Below, piece by piece: positions 9,292 to 17,474 of a stretch of DNA of 21,965 nt (position 1 is its first letter; each line of letters opens with the position of its first letter). Below the pieces are notes generated by a model. That model was given only the letters and a program-made list of their open reading frames with translations. It was not told where the DNA came from and made no database searches. Location: positions 1 to 21,965 of the forward strand of contig JBHLRQ010000049.1 of assembly GCA_048882385.1 (NCBI GenBank), read 5' to 3'. A program made the position numbers and the translations under genes. Origin of the DNA: Candidatus Thorarchaeota archaeon. GTDB taxonomy: Archaea > Asgardarchaeota > Thorarchaeia > Thorarchaeales > Thorarchaeaceae.

Positions 9292-9722
9292 TCTTCATGA
9301 CCTGTAACTTTCATTGTCGGTTCAAACTTGTAGCCGTAGACTATTACGCCGCCTTGTCCAAATTCCTTGATTTTACGGAAACAAGCACGGACTCGCATCC
9401 CAATTTCAACATCCTCAGGATCCACATTGACTATCTGTGCAGTGAGACGTGTGCCTTCATCAAGCTCTACCTGTGCAATCACATAAGGTATCTGACGTTT
9501 GAAGTCTTCAGGTGCCTGACGCACTATTGCGAAAGAATAGACTGAACCCAGTCCCTTGAACTGATAGTCCACAAGTTTTCCCTTTCTTCTGCATGTGGGA
9601 CAGACAGGTCTTGGTGGAAAGAAGTGTGTCTTGCATGTTTCGCATTTGTTACCCTGGATGTTGTAAATGGATCTGATTCGTCGCCAGACTTGTGCTACTC
9701 CTTGTTCTGCCATTTTGATCAT
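9288..9722 (-). CDS. DUF35 Zn-ribbon/OB-fold scaffold protein of the thiolase-HMG-CoA synthase complex
   Basis: CETC...FFPPRPVCPTC Zn ribbon, GSVYSF, PYVIAQVEL, YGYKF; overlaps the thiolase stop. Alternative start at ATG 9713. Confidence 0.93.
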   Translation of the reverse strand: MIKMAEQGVAQVWRRIRSIYNIQGNKCETCKTHFFPPRPVCPTCRRKGKLVDYQFKGLGSVYSFAIVRQAPEDFKRQIPYVIAQVELDEGTRLTAQIVNVDPEDVEIGMRVRACFRKIKEFGQGGVIVYGYKFEPTMKVTGHED

Positions 9723-10882
9723 CTCCCTATTATGTGCACAATAGATGTTGCACCCGTACCTCCAATATTCACAGCAAGTCCTTTCTCAGCTCCGTCCACC
9801 TGACGCTTTTCTGCATCACCTCTAAGCTGAAGGGCTAGTTCCACAATCTGTGCCACTCCTGTAGCTCCAATGGGATGTCCCCTTGCCTTGAGGCCGCCTG
9901 AAGTATTGACAGGGAATTTCCCTCCAATCTCGGTGATACCTTCATCCAAAGCTTTACCGCCCTCTCCCTTCTCTGCAATTCCAACATCTTCTGTTAATAT
10001 GATCTCCCCGATTGAGAAGCTATCATGCAACTCAAACACATCAATGTCTTTGAGTTCCAGTTTTGCCTCCTTTAACGATGCTCTGGTGGAACTGACTACT
10101 GCGTTCATTGTTGTAATTGACTTTCTGTCATGAAGTGCTAGTGTATCACTCCTTTGTTCCGAGGACTCAATGAATACTGGTGTATCTGTGTACTTCTTTG
10201 CCAGATCCTCTCTGCACATCACCAGACCTGCTGCTCCATCAGTTATTGGAGCTGAGTGAAGCACTCTAAGTGGATCTGCAATTAAGCCAGATCTCATCAC
10301 TACTTCAATTGGTACTGCTCTCTGGAATTGAGCCCACTCGTTATGTACAGCATTTGCATGATTCTTGACAGTAGGTTTTGCTATCTGCTCCTCTGTAGTT
10401 CCATATTCTTTCATATGTCTGCGCGCCATGAATGCGTAGAGAGCTGGAAATGTTGCACCAAACATGCCTTCCCACTCCCAATCTGAGGCTACGGAAATTG
10501 TGTTCATAGCTTCAGTCTGAGTGACATCGCTCATCTTCTCCGTTCCTAGGACTAACATCACATCATGTTCACCCGACTTTATTGCCATGTATGCTTGACG
10601 TACAGCAGCTCCTCCACTTGCACAAGCCGCCTCAACACTATATGCTGCCAAATCGCCCAATCCTCCAATATCAGCTGCTTGTGCTCCAAGATGTTCTTGA
10701 CCTGTGAAGCGTCCAGCACTCATGTTTCCGATGACCATACCATCGATATCTTTTCCTCTCACACCTGAATCGAAAATTGCATACATGCCTGCTTCTAGGG
10801 TGATATCTGGAAGATTCATTTCCCATAACTCGCCAAATTTGCACATTCCAACCCCAATAATTGCTACTCTGTTTGTCATCAT
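9719..10882 (-). CDS. acetoacetyl-CoA thiolase (archaeal type)
   Basis: VEAACASGG (catalytic Cys), ELHDSF, VNTSGGLKARGHPIGATG; AGGAGG upstream of the start; lies between HMG-CoA synthase and DUF35. Confidence 0.95.
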   Translation of the reverse strand: MMTNRVAIIGVGMCKFGELWEMNLPDITLEAGMYAIFDSGVRGKDIDGMVIGNMSAGRFTGQEHLGAQAADIGGLGDLAAYSVEAACASGGAAVRQAYMAIKSGEHDVMLVLGTEKMSDVTQTEAMNTISVASDWEWEGMFGATFPALYAFMARRHMKEYGTTEEQIAKPTVKNHANAVHNEWAQFQRAVPIEVVMRSGLIADPLRVLHSAPITDGAAGLVMCREDLAKKYTDTPVFIESSEQRSDTLALHDRKSITTMNAVVSSTRASLKEAKLELKDIDVFELHDSFSIGEIILTEDVGIAEKGEGGKALDEGITEIGGKFPVNTSGGLKARGHPIGATGVAQIVELALQLRGDAEKRQVDGAEKGLAVNIGGTGATSIVHIIGR

Positions 10883-10894
10883 TATTCCTCCTTT

Positions 10895-11935
10895 CTACAG
10901 AGCCTTGATCTTTCGTCGGTACTTTGCATAGTTTACATAGTCGACGTATGTCTTTCTCTCAATGTAATCATCTACAGTTGGAACTTCTCCTCGTCGTTCC
11001 TCTATTGCTTCCTCTACAGTAATCGAGAAAGCATCACTACCTGCCCCAGATCCGTATGCCACCATGAAAATCTTTGAGCCTGGCTTGGCTATGTCTAAAA
11101 TCCTAGCCAGTCCTATCATAGCTGATCCTGAGTAGGTATTACCTATTTGCCTTACAACCAAGCTGTCTTCCAGTTTCTCAGGTGGGACTTTGAGTTGACT
11201 TCCCATAGCCATCGGGAATTTGCCATTTGGCATATGAAAGACAAAGTAATCATAATCATCAACAGTTGTTTTTGTTTTCTTGAATAGAGATTTTGCTCCT
11301 TCACCAACATGTCGGAAATATGCTGGTTCGCCTGTAAATCTTGCACCATGACTTGGATAGTCTTCTCCCTCACGTCTCCAGAAGTCTGGAGTATCGGTAG
11401 TGAAGGAAACAGTTTCCTCAATAGTTGCTATTGGGTTCTTTAGTCCTATGAGAAAGGCTGCTCCTCCTGCCGCAGCAGAAAATTCCAGCGCGTCTCCAGG
11501 TCTACCTTGTGCAGTGTCCGATCCGATTGCAAGACCTATCTTAATCATCTTTGATTTTACGAGACCCATAGTTGTTTGAATGGCTGCTGTACCTGCTTTA
11601 CATGCAAATTCATAATCTGCACAAGTCATGTCGTGTGAACAGCCTATAGCTTCCGCAACAATTGTGCCTGTTGGTTTGACCGCATATGGATGGGACTCTG
11701 AACCTACATAAACTGCTCCAATATCTATAGGATCAATTTGTGCTCTCTTGACTGCATTCCTTGCAGCTTCTACAGAAATAGTAGCTACATCCTCATCAGG
11801 ACCTGGTACTGATTTCTCAAAAACACCAAGTCCTTTTCCAATAGTCCCACTAAAATCTCCCCAGACCTCGGCAATATCTGTGGTTTTTATTCGATAGCGT
11901 GGAACGTATACACCATAACCGATTATTCCAACCAT
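10895..11935 (-). CDS. hmgS: hydroxymethylglutaryl-CoA synthase (archaeal type)
   Basis: [34 protein letters not shown] (catalytic Cys), [23 protein letters not shown]; GAGGAG upstream of the ATG. Confidence 0.96.
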   Translation of the reverse strand: MVGIIGYGVYVPRYRIKTTDIAEVWGDFSGTIGKGLGVFEKSVPGPDEDVATISVEAARNAVKRAQIDPIDIGAVYVGSESHPYAVKPTGTIVAEAIGCSHDMTCADYEFACKAGTAAIQTTMGLVKSKMIKIGLAIGSDTAQGRPGDALEFSAAAGGAAFLIGLKNPIATIEETVSFTTDTPDFWRREGEDYPSHGARFTGEPAYFRHVGEGAKSLFKKTKTTVDDYDYFVFHMPNGKFPMAMGSQLKVPPEKLEDSLVVRQIGNTYSGSAMIGLARILDIAKPGSKIFMVAYGSGAGSDAFSITVEEAIEERRGEVPTVDDYIERKTYVDYVNYAKYRRKIKAL

Positions 11936-12224
11936 AGTTCTCTCCTCAAATAATAATACGCCAATTGTCGAACTTATTTACGTCGTTATTCTACGCTTCG
12001 TGTGCCAAGCCCCATATGAAGCTTGCTGTCAGCCATCCAAAGTATCACGACTTTCACCGATTGTATTCAAGGGGCTTTGGATGTTGCCGACGATATCTTG
12101 GAGAGTATGGCGACTATTTATGCATAGCGACATGACCCCGATATCTGTTGATTCTTAGTTCAAACTCTGACGAAAATTTCATGCTGTGTGAATTAATACT
12201 ATAAGGATTTAGTCGAAAATATTT

Positions 12225-12428
12225 GTGGTGTTGACTGTGTCAGATTCTCCGCGAACCAAAATCCAACGAATCATTGTAACTGAGCAAAAGACTGTAGCAG
12301 ATCTTCTCCGCGAGCTTGACATCAGTGACGACCATGTTGTTCTTGTGAATGGGAAACAGATGGCACTAGATTTCCAATTGCAAGAGAATGACAAGGTCGC
12401 GATACTACCCAAGATTGCGGGTGGGTAG
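12225..12428 (+). CDS. MoaD/ThiS/SAMP family ubiquitin-like (beta-grasp) protein
   Basis: 67 aa; TVADLLREL...VVLVNG...LQENDKVAILPKIAGG with a C-terminal diglycine. TATA-like CTATAAG about 20-25 nt upstream of the GTG. Confidence 0.9.
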   Translation: MVLTVSDSPRTKIQRIIVTEQKTVADLLRELDISDDHVVLVNGKQMALDFQLQENDKVAILPKIAGG

Positions 12429-14006
12429 ACGACCAACTCTTTCAATCAGTTTCTGAGTCGGACCCATGTCCATGACCAACTTCTGTTTTGGCGGACAAGC
12501 TCCTGGCATGCCTATCTCTGATGCAATTGTATGAATCACCTTCAATGTAAGTGTCGACGTCTCTTTCTTACTGATGTCCTTCGCATCCTCAACATATTTT
12601 GAAACTGCTTTTCGTAGCATCTTGGTTGAACCAGAGCTGAACTGAGTTGCACTTTTCTGTGCGCTGGTAAACTCTTCTGGAACTCCGAACCACTGTGCCG
12701 CCTCCCTGAAGATGATCTTCCTGCTTGGTTGCTTCGAGGGATCTAGGATGAGCTCAACGGGAAGGGTAAAGGCTAGATTGCATAAGTTCGCGTTGAGGTA
12801 TGGGAATAAAGTGTTGATTCCATGGTACGCCATTACCTTTTCATCCCGAACTATGTTGGCCTCATGTGAAGCAGAGAAATCTGCCCATAGTTCATCAGCA
12901 ACTTTCTCAGCTCCATCTTCAATAAGAAACCTCTCATACCTTGCATACCCTGCAAATAGCTCGTCAGGTCCTTGTCCAGATACAAGATACCTGGTGCCAT
13001 CCTCCTTTGCCTTTTTAGCCGCGAGAAAGAATGGAATGGCAATCTCCACATCCATCCGCTTGGTTGACTCAATTGCATAGATGACCTCAGGCAATATGTT
13101 CCACACAGTATCTTCATCTAAATCTACAATAGTGTGGTCCAGTGAGAGTGTAGAGGCTGCTCGTCTTGTTGTCCTTCTGTCCTTCGAACGAATTGCGGCA
13201 ACTGATATCAACCGAGTATTCTTCCCTATCTCTCTCCTTACAAGATCTACGATGAGTGAACTGTCAACACCTCCAGAGAAAAGCACACCAATGTTTCTAC
13301 CCTGGGGTTGTGGATATATCAAACTCCTCAAAATCCATGATAATTGATGAAGTACAAAGTCTTTCTTGTCCTTTCTTTCAGCAAGGGTTTCCTCAAAATC
13401 ATCAAATTCAGCTCCAAGCAATGTCAGCAACGCTACTGGGTCAATCACCCTCTCTGAATGTGTGTAGGACTGAACCTTCTCGAACATCCAAGTTCCATCC
13501 TCTGACACAGTGAGCATTGATCCTGGGTCGAAGACCTTTGGTTCCATATTCGTTATCTCCCAGATACCCTTTTTCTCTGACGAAAGAGCCAGTCCATAGT
13601 TGAGTTCTGCATAGTAGAGAGGTCTTGACCCATCCACAGACCTGAAAACGCGAATCCTATGGTCTTCAGTCACACCAACTGCATTTATCATCTGTGTCCC
13701 ATAGATGTCAGACTGTTGATTTCGGGGATCAAGAATTCTGAAAATGGGAGCAGATGGAAAAGCATTGATCTCTTGACACTCATCTACAAGGATGTGTCGT
13801 ACAAAGCGGTCTTCAAACTTGTTCTTGAAATTGATTGGCCTATCGGAGAGGAGTCCAAAACGAACTATTCCTGTTGGTAGTTTCTGACTGAATTTTGTCA
13901 AAGGCCCTCTGTGTGATAGACGGTCTGCCATCTTGTTGAATATCTTACGTGATGAACTAGTATCAATTTGAGCTGAACGTGTAAAGAGTCCCACAATACC
14001 TGGCAT
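12405..14006 (-). CDS. asnB: asparagine synthetase B-like ATP-dependent amide ligase with a degenerate glutaminase domain
   Basis: PP-loop LFSGGVDSS, SGQGPDELFAGY, PYL, K...QFSSG; remnants of the Ntn domain (HRGP, DGSRPLYY, SSEKKG). Likely start ATG 14006 gives MPGIVG in place of MCGI. Confidence 0.8.
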   Translation of the reverse strand: MPGIVGLFTRSAQIDTSSSRKIFNKMADRLSHRGPLTKFSQKLPTGIVRFGLLSDRPINFKNKFEDRFVRHILVDECQEINAFPSAPIFRILDPRNQQSDIYGTQMINAVGVTEDHRIRVFRSVDGSRPLYYAELNYGLALSSEKKGIWEITNMEPKVFDPGSMLTVSEDGTWMFEKVQSYTHSERVIDPVALLTLLGAEFDDFEETLAERKDKKDFVLHQLSWILRSLIYPQPQGRNIGVLFSGGVDSSLIVDLVRREIGKNTRLISVAAIRSKDRRTTRRAASTLSLDHTIVDLDEDTVWNILPEVIYAIESTKRMDVEIAIPFFLAAKKAKEDGTRYLVSGQGPDELFAGYARYERFLIEDGAEKVADELWADFSASHEANIVRDEKVMAYHGINTLFPYLNANLCNLAFTLPVELILDPSKQPSRKIIFREAAQWFGVPEEFTSAQKSATQFSSGSTKMLRKAVSKYVEDAKDISKKETSTLTLKVIHTIASEIGMPGACPPKQKLVMDMGPTQKLIERVGRLPTRNLG

Positions 14007-14011
14007 GGTAC

Positions 14012-14410
14012 TCAAGTCTTTACTTCTTCTAGCATGACCTGTTTGACACCAGTTATTCCCTGCAATCGGCTTTTTAGATCGCCCACTTTAACGTTCAACT
14101 GTTCTGGTGTGAAATAACATTCATAATAGCACTCGTCAGCTGCCTGGCATATGCCACTCGTGAAAAGAATGTCCTCGAGTGATACTTCCATGAATGCTTC
14201 CGTAAGCTCCTCTAGGAAAGTCTTACTTAGTTTCTCAATGACAAGCTTCAGATACATCACTTTGTCACTATCAACTGGATATATTTTGACATTACCGTCT
14301 TTGACAATGAGGATTGCTAGTCCATATTTATGGTCAATCCTGTCTACAAAATCAGCGGGCAGAGTGATAGAGTCACCCTTCTCAATTTTCAATACTCTTG
14401 CCTGCGTCAT
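14012..14410 (-). CDS. hypothetical regulator: AbrB/SpoVT-like N-terminus + ACT-like domain
   Basis: KIEKGDSITLPADFVDRI...ILIVKDGNVKIYP resembles a swapped-hairpin DNA-binding domain. The C-half has an ACT-like pattern ending LQGITGVKQV. ATG 14410 is preceded by GGTGA. The fold call is by eye. Confidence 0.55.
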   Translation of the reverse strand: MTQARVLKIEKGDSITLPADFVDRIDHKYGLAILIVKDGNVKIYPVDSDKVMYLKLVIEKLSKTFLEELTEAFMEVSLEDILFTSGICQAADECYYECYFTPEQLNVKVGDLKSRLQGITGVKQVMLEEVKT

Positions 14411-14500
14411 GTCACCTTTACTCAATCGTATCTGCCTCCGGACAGTCACTTGCCATGAATGCTTGTAGTGATTATATCTCTTGTGGGAGCGTCAATATTC

Positions 14501-16081
14501 CTAGCTTCCCCGTCGAAACCAGCCGCGAATCCTCGTTAGTGCTTCTGATTCTGGTTTCTCAACGACTCGAAGTGACCAACTGGGCTTTGCTGTTATGGAA
14601 TATTCAAGAAACGCCACCTCTCCTTCAGAACGAATCTTCTCCATCTCCTGAAGTTGAGTTGTTAGCCATGCTTTCTTTGAAACAGGCATTCTCGATGTAG
14701 CCAGATCGAAGAGCTCAGGATGAAGATCAAAAATCAGAGCCTGTTCTTTCATATATTCAAGAACCCCATATTGGAGTGATTGACTTATTTTTTCCCTGTC
14801 TGTGAAGAAAGATGCTGCTACCGACATGTTTGGATACTTTTCTGGTATGTTCAATGCAAATTTGAAGGAATTTGCGAATTTAGAGAGATGTGTCGCAGCG
14901 TCCAGAAAGAGGATGGTTTCTGGTTTTCCTTCGAACGCATCAATCGATATATCCACTATTGTATCTGCCACTGGTTCATCTTTATCAATTAATGTTTGAA
15001 TCAGCTGATCTGTAACAGGGGGTAAGTCATCTTCATCAATTTCTTCTATTGACTCATATGAGAGCGCTTCACTCTCCCATTCCTGCTCTTTCTCCTTTTT
15101 CTTTACATCTTCTTCTTTCTTCTTAGGCCTCCTATGAGGAGGTATGTATCCTATTTCTTCAACTAGGTGCTGTAATATTAATGGCAGGAATAGGTCATAC
15201 AGAGTTCCTCTAGTTTCAAGGATAATTAGTACTGGTTGGAAGGACGCAACAGCCTCAACAAGTCCGGAATTGAACTCGGGTGAATCATCAAAGAAGAGTT
15301 TGATGTTTTCTTCTGAATAGCCCTTCTCTACTCGCTCTGTCCATTCAGCATAGACTTCTTTGTATTCCTGCTTTCTTCGGCTTTTAATCATGTCCACGAA
15401 TTTGCCCAGATATCTGACTCCACGTGAAACTGCTGTCACTGGACTTACAAAGACCGTCATCATACCTACAGCTTCGCCAGCGTATTTGCTTGCTTCAGTA
15501 TCCCGAATCTTCCCCAGAACTTCTTCTGTTAGAGAGGGTGGTCCAAGTTTCTCGACAAGAACCTCAATCATACCTTCAAAGTCCTCAAATGCAGCATCTC
15601 CTGGACCAATCTTCTCTCCAATAGGAGACGCATCAGACAAGACCTCTGCAAAGACATTTGGTCTCTTCACAAGCCAATTGAGAGGAATTTTGAGAGGTTG
15701 AAAATCGTGCAACCATGATCTATCTGAGTCTTTAGAACCAAAATAGAACTTAGACGAGTCAGGAAACAGACCATCAAATATTTCCATGAACTGGTTAAAT
15801 CCAGGTCTAGTGCTTAGACCCATTTCCCCTTTTTCCATTGCATCAACAACAATGACAAGACCTGATTCTTTGGACTTCGCTAACTTTGCCAGAGTAAGCA
15901 TGACCTGTTTTGGAGAGAGGTAGAGAAGGTCACTTTCAACAAATGGAGCGTCATAGAACGAGAATATGCCCATTCGGCGCCAAGGTCTTCGAGAAAGCTT
16001 GCTGTTCGCAAGGTGAGAAAACCACTCATAGCCTCGTTTATATCGTGGAATTGAATCTTCGTCTATCTCCGTATAAGGCAT
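14501..16081 (-). CDS. hypothetical protein, possible degenerate HerA/FtsK-superfamily ATPase
   Basis: 526-aa ORF from ATG 16081 (AGGTG upstream; alternative GTG at 16090). It is clearly a gene; the family call rests on the order of motif remnants (see findings). Confidence 0.6.
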   Translation of the reverse strand: MPYTEIDEDSIPRYKRGYEWFSHLANSKLSRRPWRRMGIFSFYDAPFVESDLLYLSPKQVMLTLAKLAKSKESGLVIVVDAMEKGEMGLSTRPGFNQFMEIFDGLFPDSSKFYFGSKDSDRSWLHDFQPLKIPLNWLVKRPNVFAEVLSDASPIGEKIGPGDAAFEDFEGMIEVLVEKLGPPSLTEEVLGKIRDTEASKYAGEAVGMMTVFVSPVTAVSRGVRYLGKFVDMIKSRRKQEYKEVYAEWTERVEKGYSEENIKLFFDDSPEFNSGLVEAVASFQPVLIILETRGTLYDLFLPLILQHLVEEIGYIPPHRRPKKKEEDVKKKEKEQEWESEALSYESIEEIDEDDLPPVTDQLIQTLIDKDEPVADTIVDISIDAFEGKPETILFLDAATHLSKFANSFKFALNIPEKYPNMSVAASFFTDREKISQSLQYGVLEYMKEQALIFDLHPELFDLATSRMPVSKKAWLTTQLQEMEKIRSEGEVAFLEYSITAKPSWSLRVVEKPESEALTRIRGWFRRGS

Positions 16082-16157
16082 ACGAAACACCTGAGGGTCA
16101 AGTCACATCGACTCTCTAGTCATCATGTTTCGCTGATGTGATAAAGCTATTGCCCTA

Positions 16158-17360
16158 TCAGTCCATTCTCACTGAATATATTGCAGCAACCAGAGCAACT
16201 ACGATTATTCCTAGAACTACAAGGACCCTCCAATCGAATCCAGCTGTTCCTGGTGAGTGTGGGTCCACAGAAGATGATAGCGTACTTTGCGCTCCACTGA
16301 AGATTGGTGTCATATTCAATATCTGACATACATAGGCTGAATATACCATAGAACCTGTTTCAAGTCCTGGAACAAATCCCCAGCTACCATCTGCCGATTG
16401 GCAGTTGAGAATGAAATTCTCTAAAGCTGTAGCATTGATTGACGATAGACCGTTTAAAGAATCAAGTGCTTTTAGGGCGAAGTATGAACTCAGAATATTT
16501 GGGTCATCTGTTGCATTTCCTTCCTCAAAGCCGCCTATAAATTCAGGAACATTATAATCCATAATCTGTCTGTCAAGAATCCAGGATTGGATACTACTCA
16601 CATCTGGTATTATTGCAAGAGGATCTATTTCACGATGTGCTAATACTGCAGCTGCGGTGGCAGTCAGACTTGTCCGGTCTGAGATGGGACTAAGCATGTA
16701 TGCATCTCCATCTTTACAGCTCTCAATCCATTCGAGAGTTGCAGTTTCATTAACATAGGTGTCCCACGCATTCTCAGTAGAATAGGTTTCGTCGATGAGT
16801 CTAAAGGATGCCAGAGCATAGAAAGTTGAAATCAAATCTGGTTCATTGCCAACTTCACTTGCATATCCTCCGTCCTCAGAAACAGTTCGATTGACCCAAA
16901 ATGAAAGAGAAGAAGAATTGAGCTCATAATCCCCCGTACCCGGAATACCAATCTGGCCTTTCAACAACTGCCAGGTTACAAGGCCATGATATGTGGTGGC
17001 AGCTGTGACAGGACCAAGAAGGTAGTCCATGAATCCTCCAAACCTTGGTGTGTCTTCTGGGTCGCCTGACAGCCATTGATGTTTGACTGAAAAGTCTAAA
17101 GCCATTGGAATGGACACAGGCGGTGGTCTCTGCAGAATAGTGCCTGTTTCATCCATTATACTGAAGGCTCCGTATGTTGGATTCACTCGTGTCACTCCAT
17201 CACTTGGTAGCACGTAGCCCCCTCTCACAGCGTCGTAGTTGTCACTCATATACGACAATAAGGAGTCATACCTACTCACAGCGGCTGCGGGTGGAGCTGT
17301 GAAAGCTATAAGCACGAATGTGAATGCAAATGCGATTGCTACTAATTTGACCTTCTTCAT
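16158..17360 (-). CDS. secreted, membrane-anchored prenyltransferase/squalene-cyclase-repeat (alpha/alpha toroid) protein
   Basis: Signal peptide MKKVKLVAIAFAFTFVLIAF...AAA; repeats such as FILNCQSADGSWG, WILDRQ...IGGF, SEDGGY...STFYAL; C-terminal hydrophobic helix VLVVLGIIVVALVAAIY. Confidence 0.75.
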   Translation of the reverse strand: MKKVKLVAIAFAFTFVLIAFTAPPAAAVSRYDSLLSYMSDNYDAVRGGYVLPSDGVTRVNPTYGAFSIMDETGTILQRPPPVSIPMALDFSVKHQWLSGDPEDTPRFGGFMDYLLGPVTAATTYHGLVTWQLLKGQIGIPGTGDYELNSSSLSFWVNRTVSEDGGYASEVGNEPDLISTFYALASFRLIDETYSTENAWDTYVNETATLEWIESCKDGDAYMLSPISDRTSLTATAAAVLAHREIDPLAIIPDVSSIQSWILDRQIMDYNVPEFIGGFEEGNATDDPNILSSYFALKALDSLNGLSSINATALENFILNCQSADGSWGFVPGLETGSMVYSAYVCQILNMTPIFSGAQSTLSSSVDPHSPGTAGFDWRVLVVLGIIVVALVAAIYSVRMD

Positions 17361-17474
17361 GGCTACATCACGGTCAATATCAATATCACTGAAATGGCTC
17401 AGCGCTTTGACGTTCGGGCCGAGGCGTGGTTATTAACGTTTCCCCATAACAACGGATGTACTAGCAAATTGAAC

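Noticed and set aside
12016-12135. 39-aa + strand ORF (MKLAVSHPKY...CCRRY...CIAT) as a precursor peptide for the AsnB-like enzyme
   Set aside because: No ribosome-binding site, no lasso-type leader/core pattern, and no leader peptidase or RRE gene nearby; the length is expected by chance.
11936-12224. SRP RNA, RNase P RNA or tRNA in the roughly 290-nt gap
   Set aside because: I could not find the SRP helix-8 motif, the RNase P GAGGAAAGUCC motif or a cloverleaf with a T-loop.
15030-15140. NLS-like RRPKKK within the large hypothetical protein
   Set aside because: It is part of a low-complexity charged linker; such basic runs arise easily and imply nothing about function.
17396-17420. GC-rich possible hairpin between trxB and the toroid gene
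   Set aside because: It depends on G-U pairs on the + strand and is weak in the transcribed (minus) orientation.
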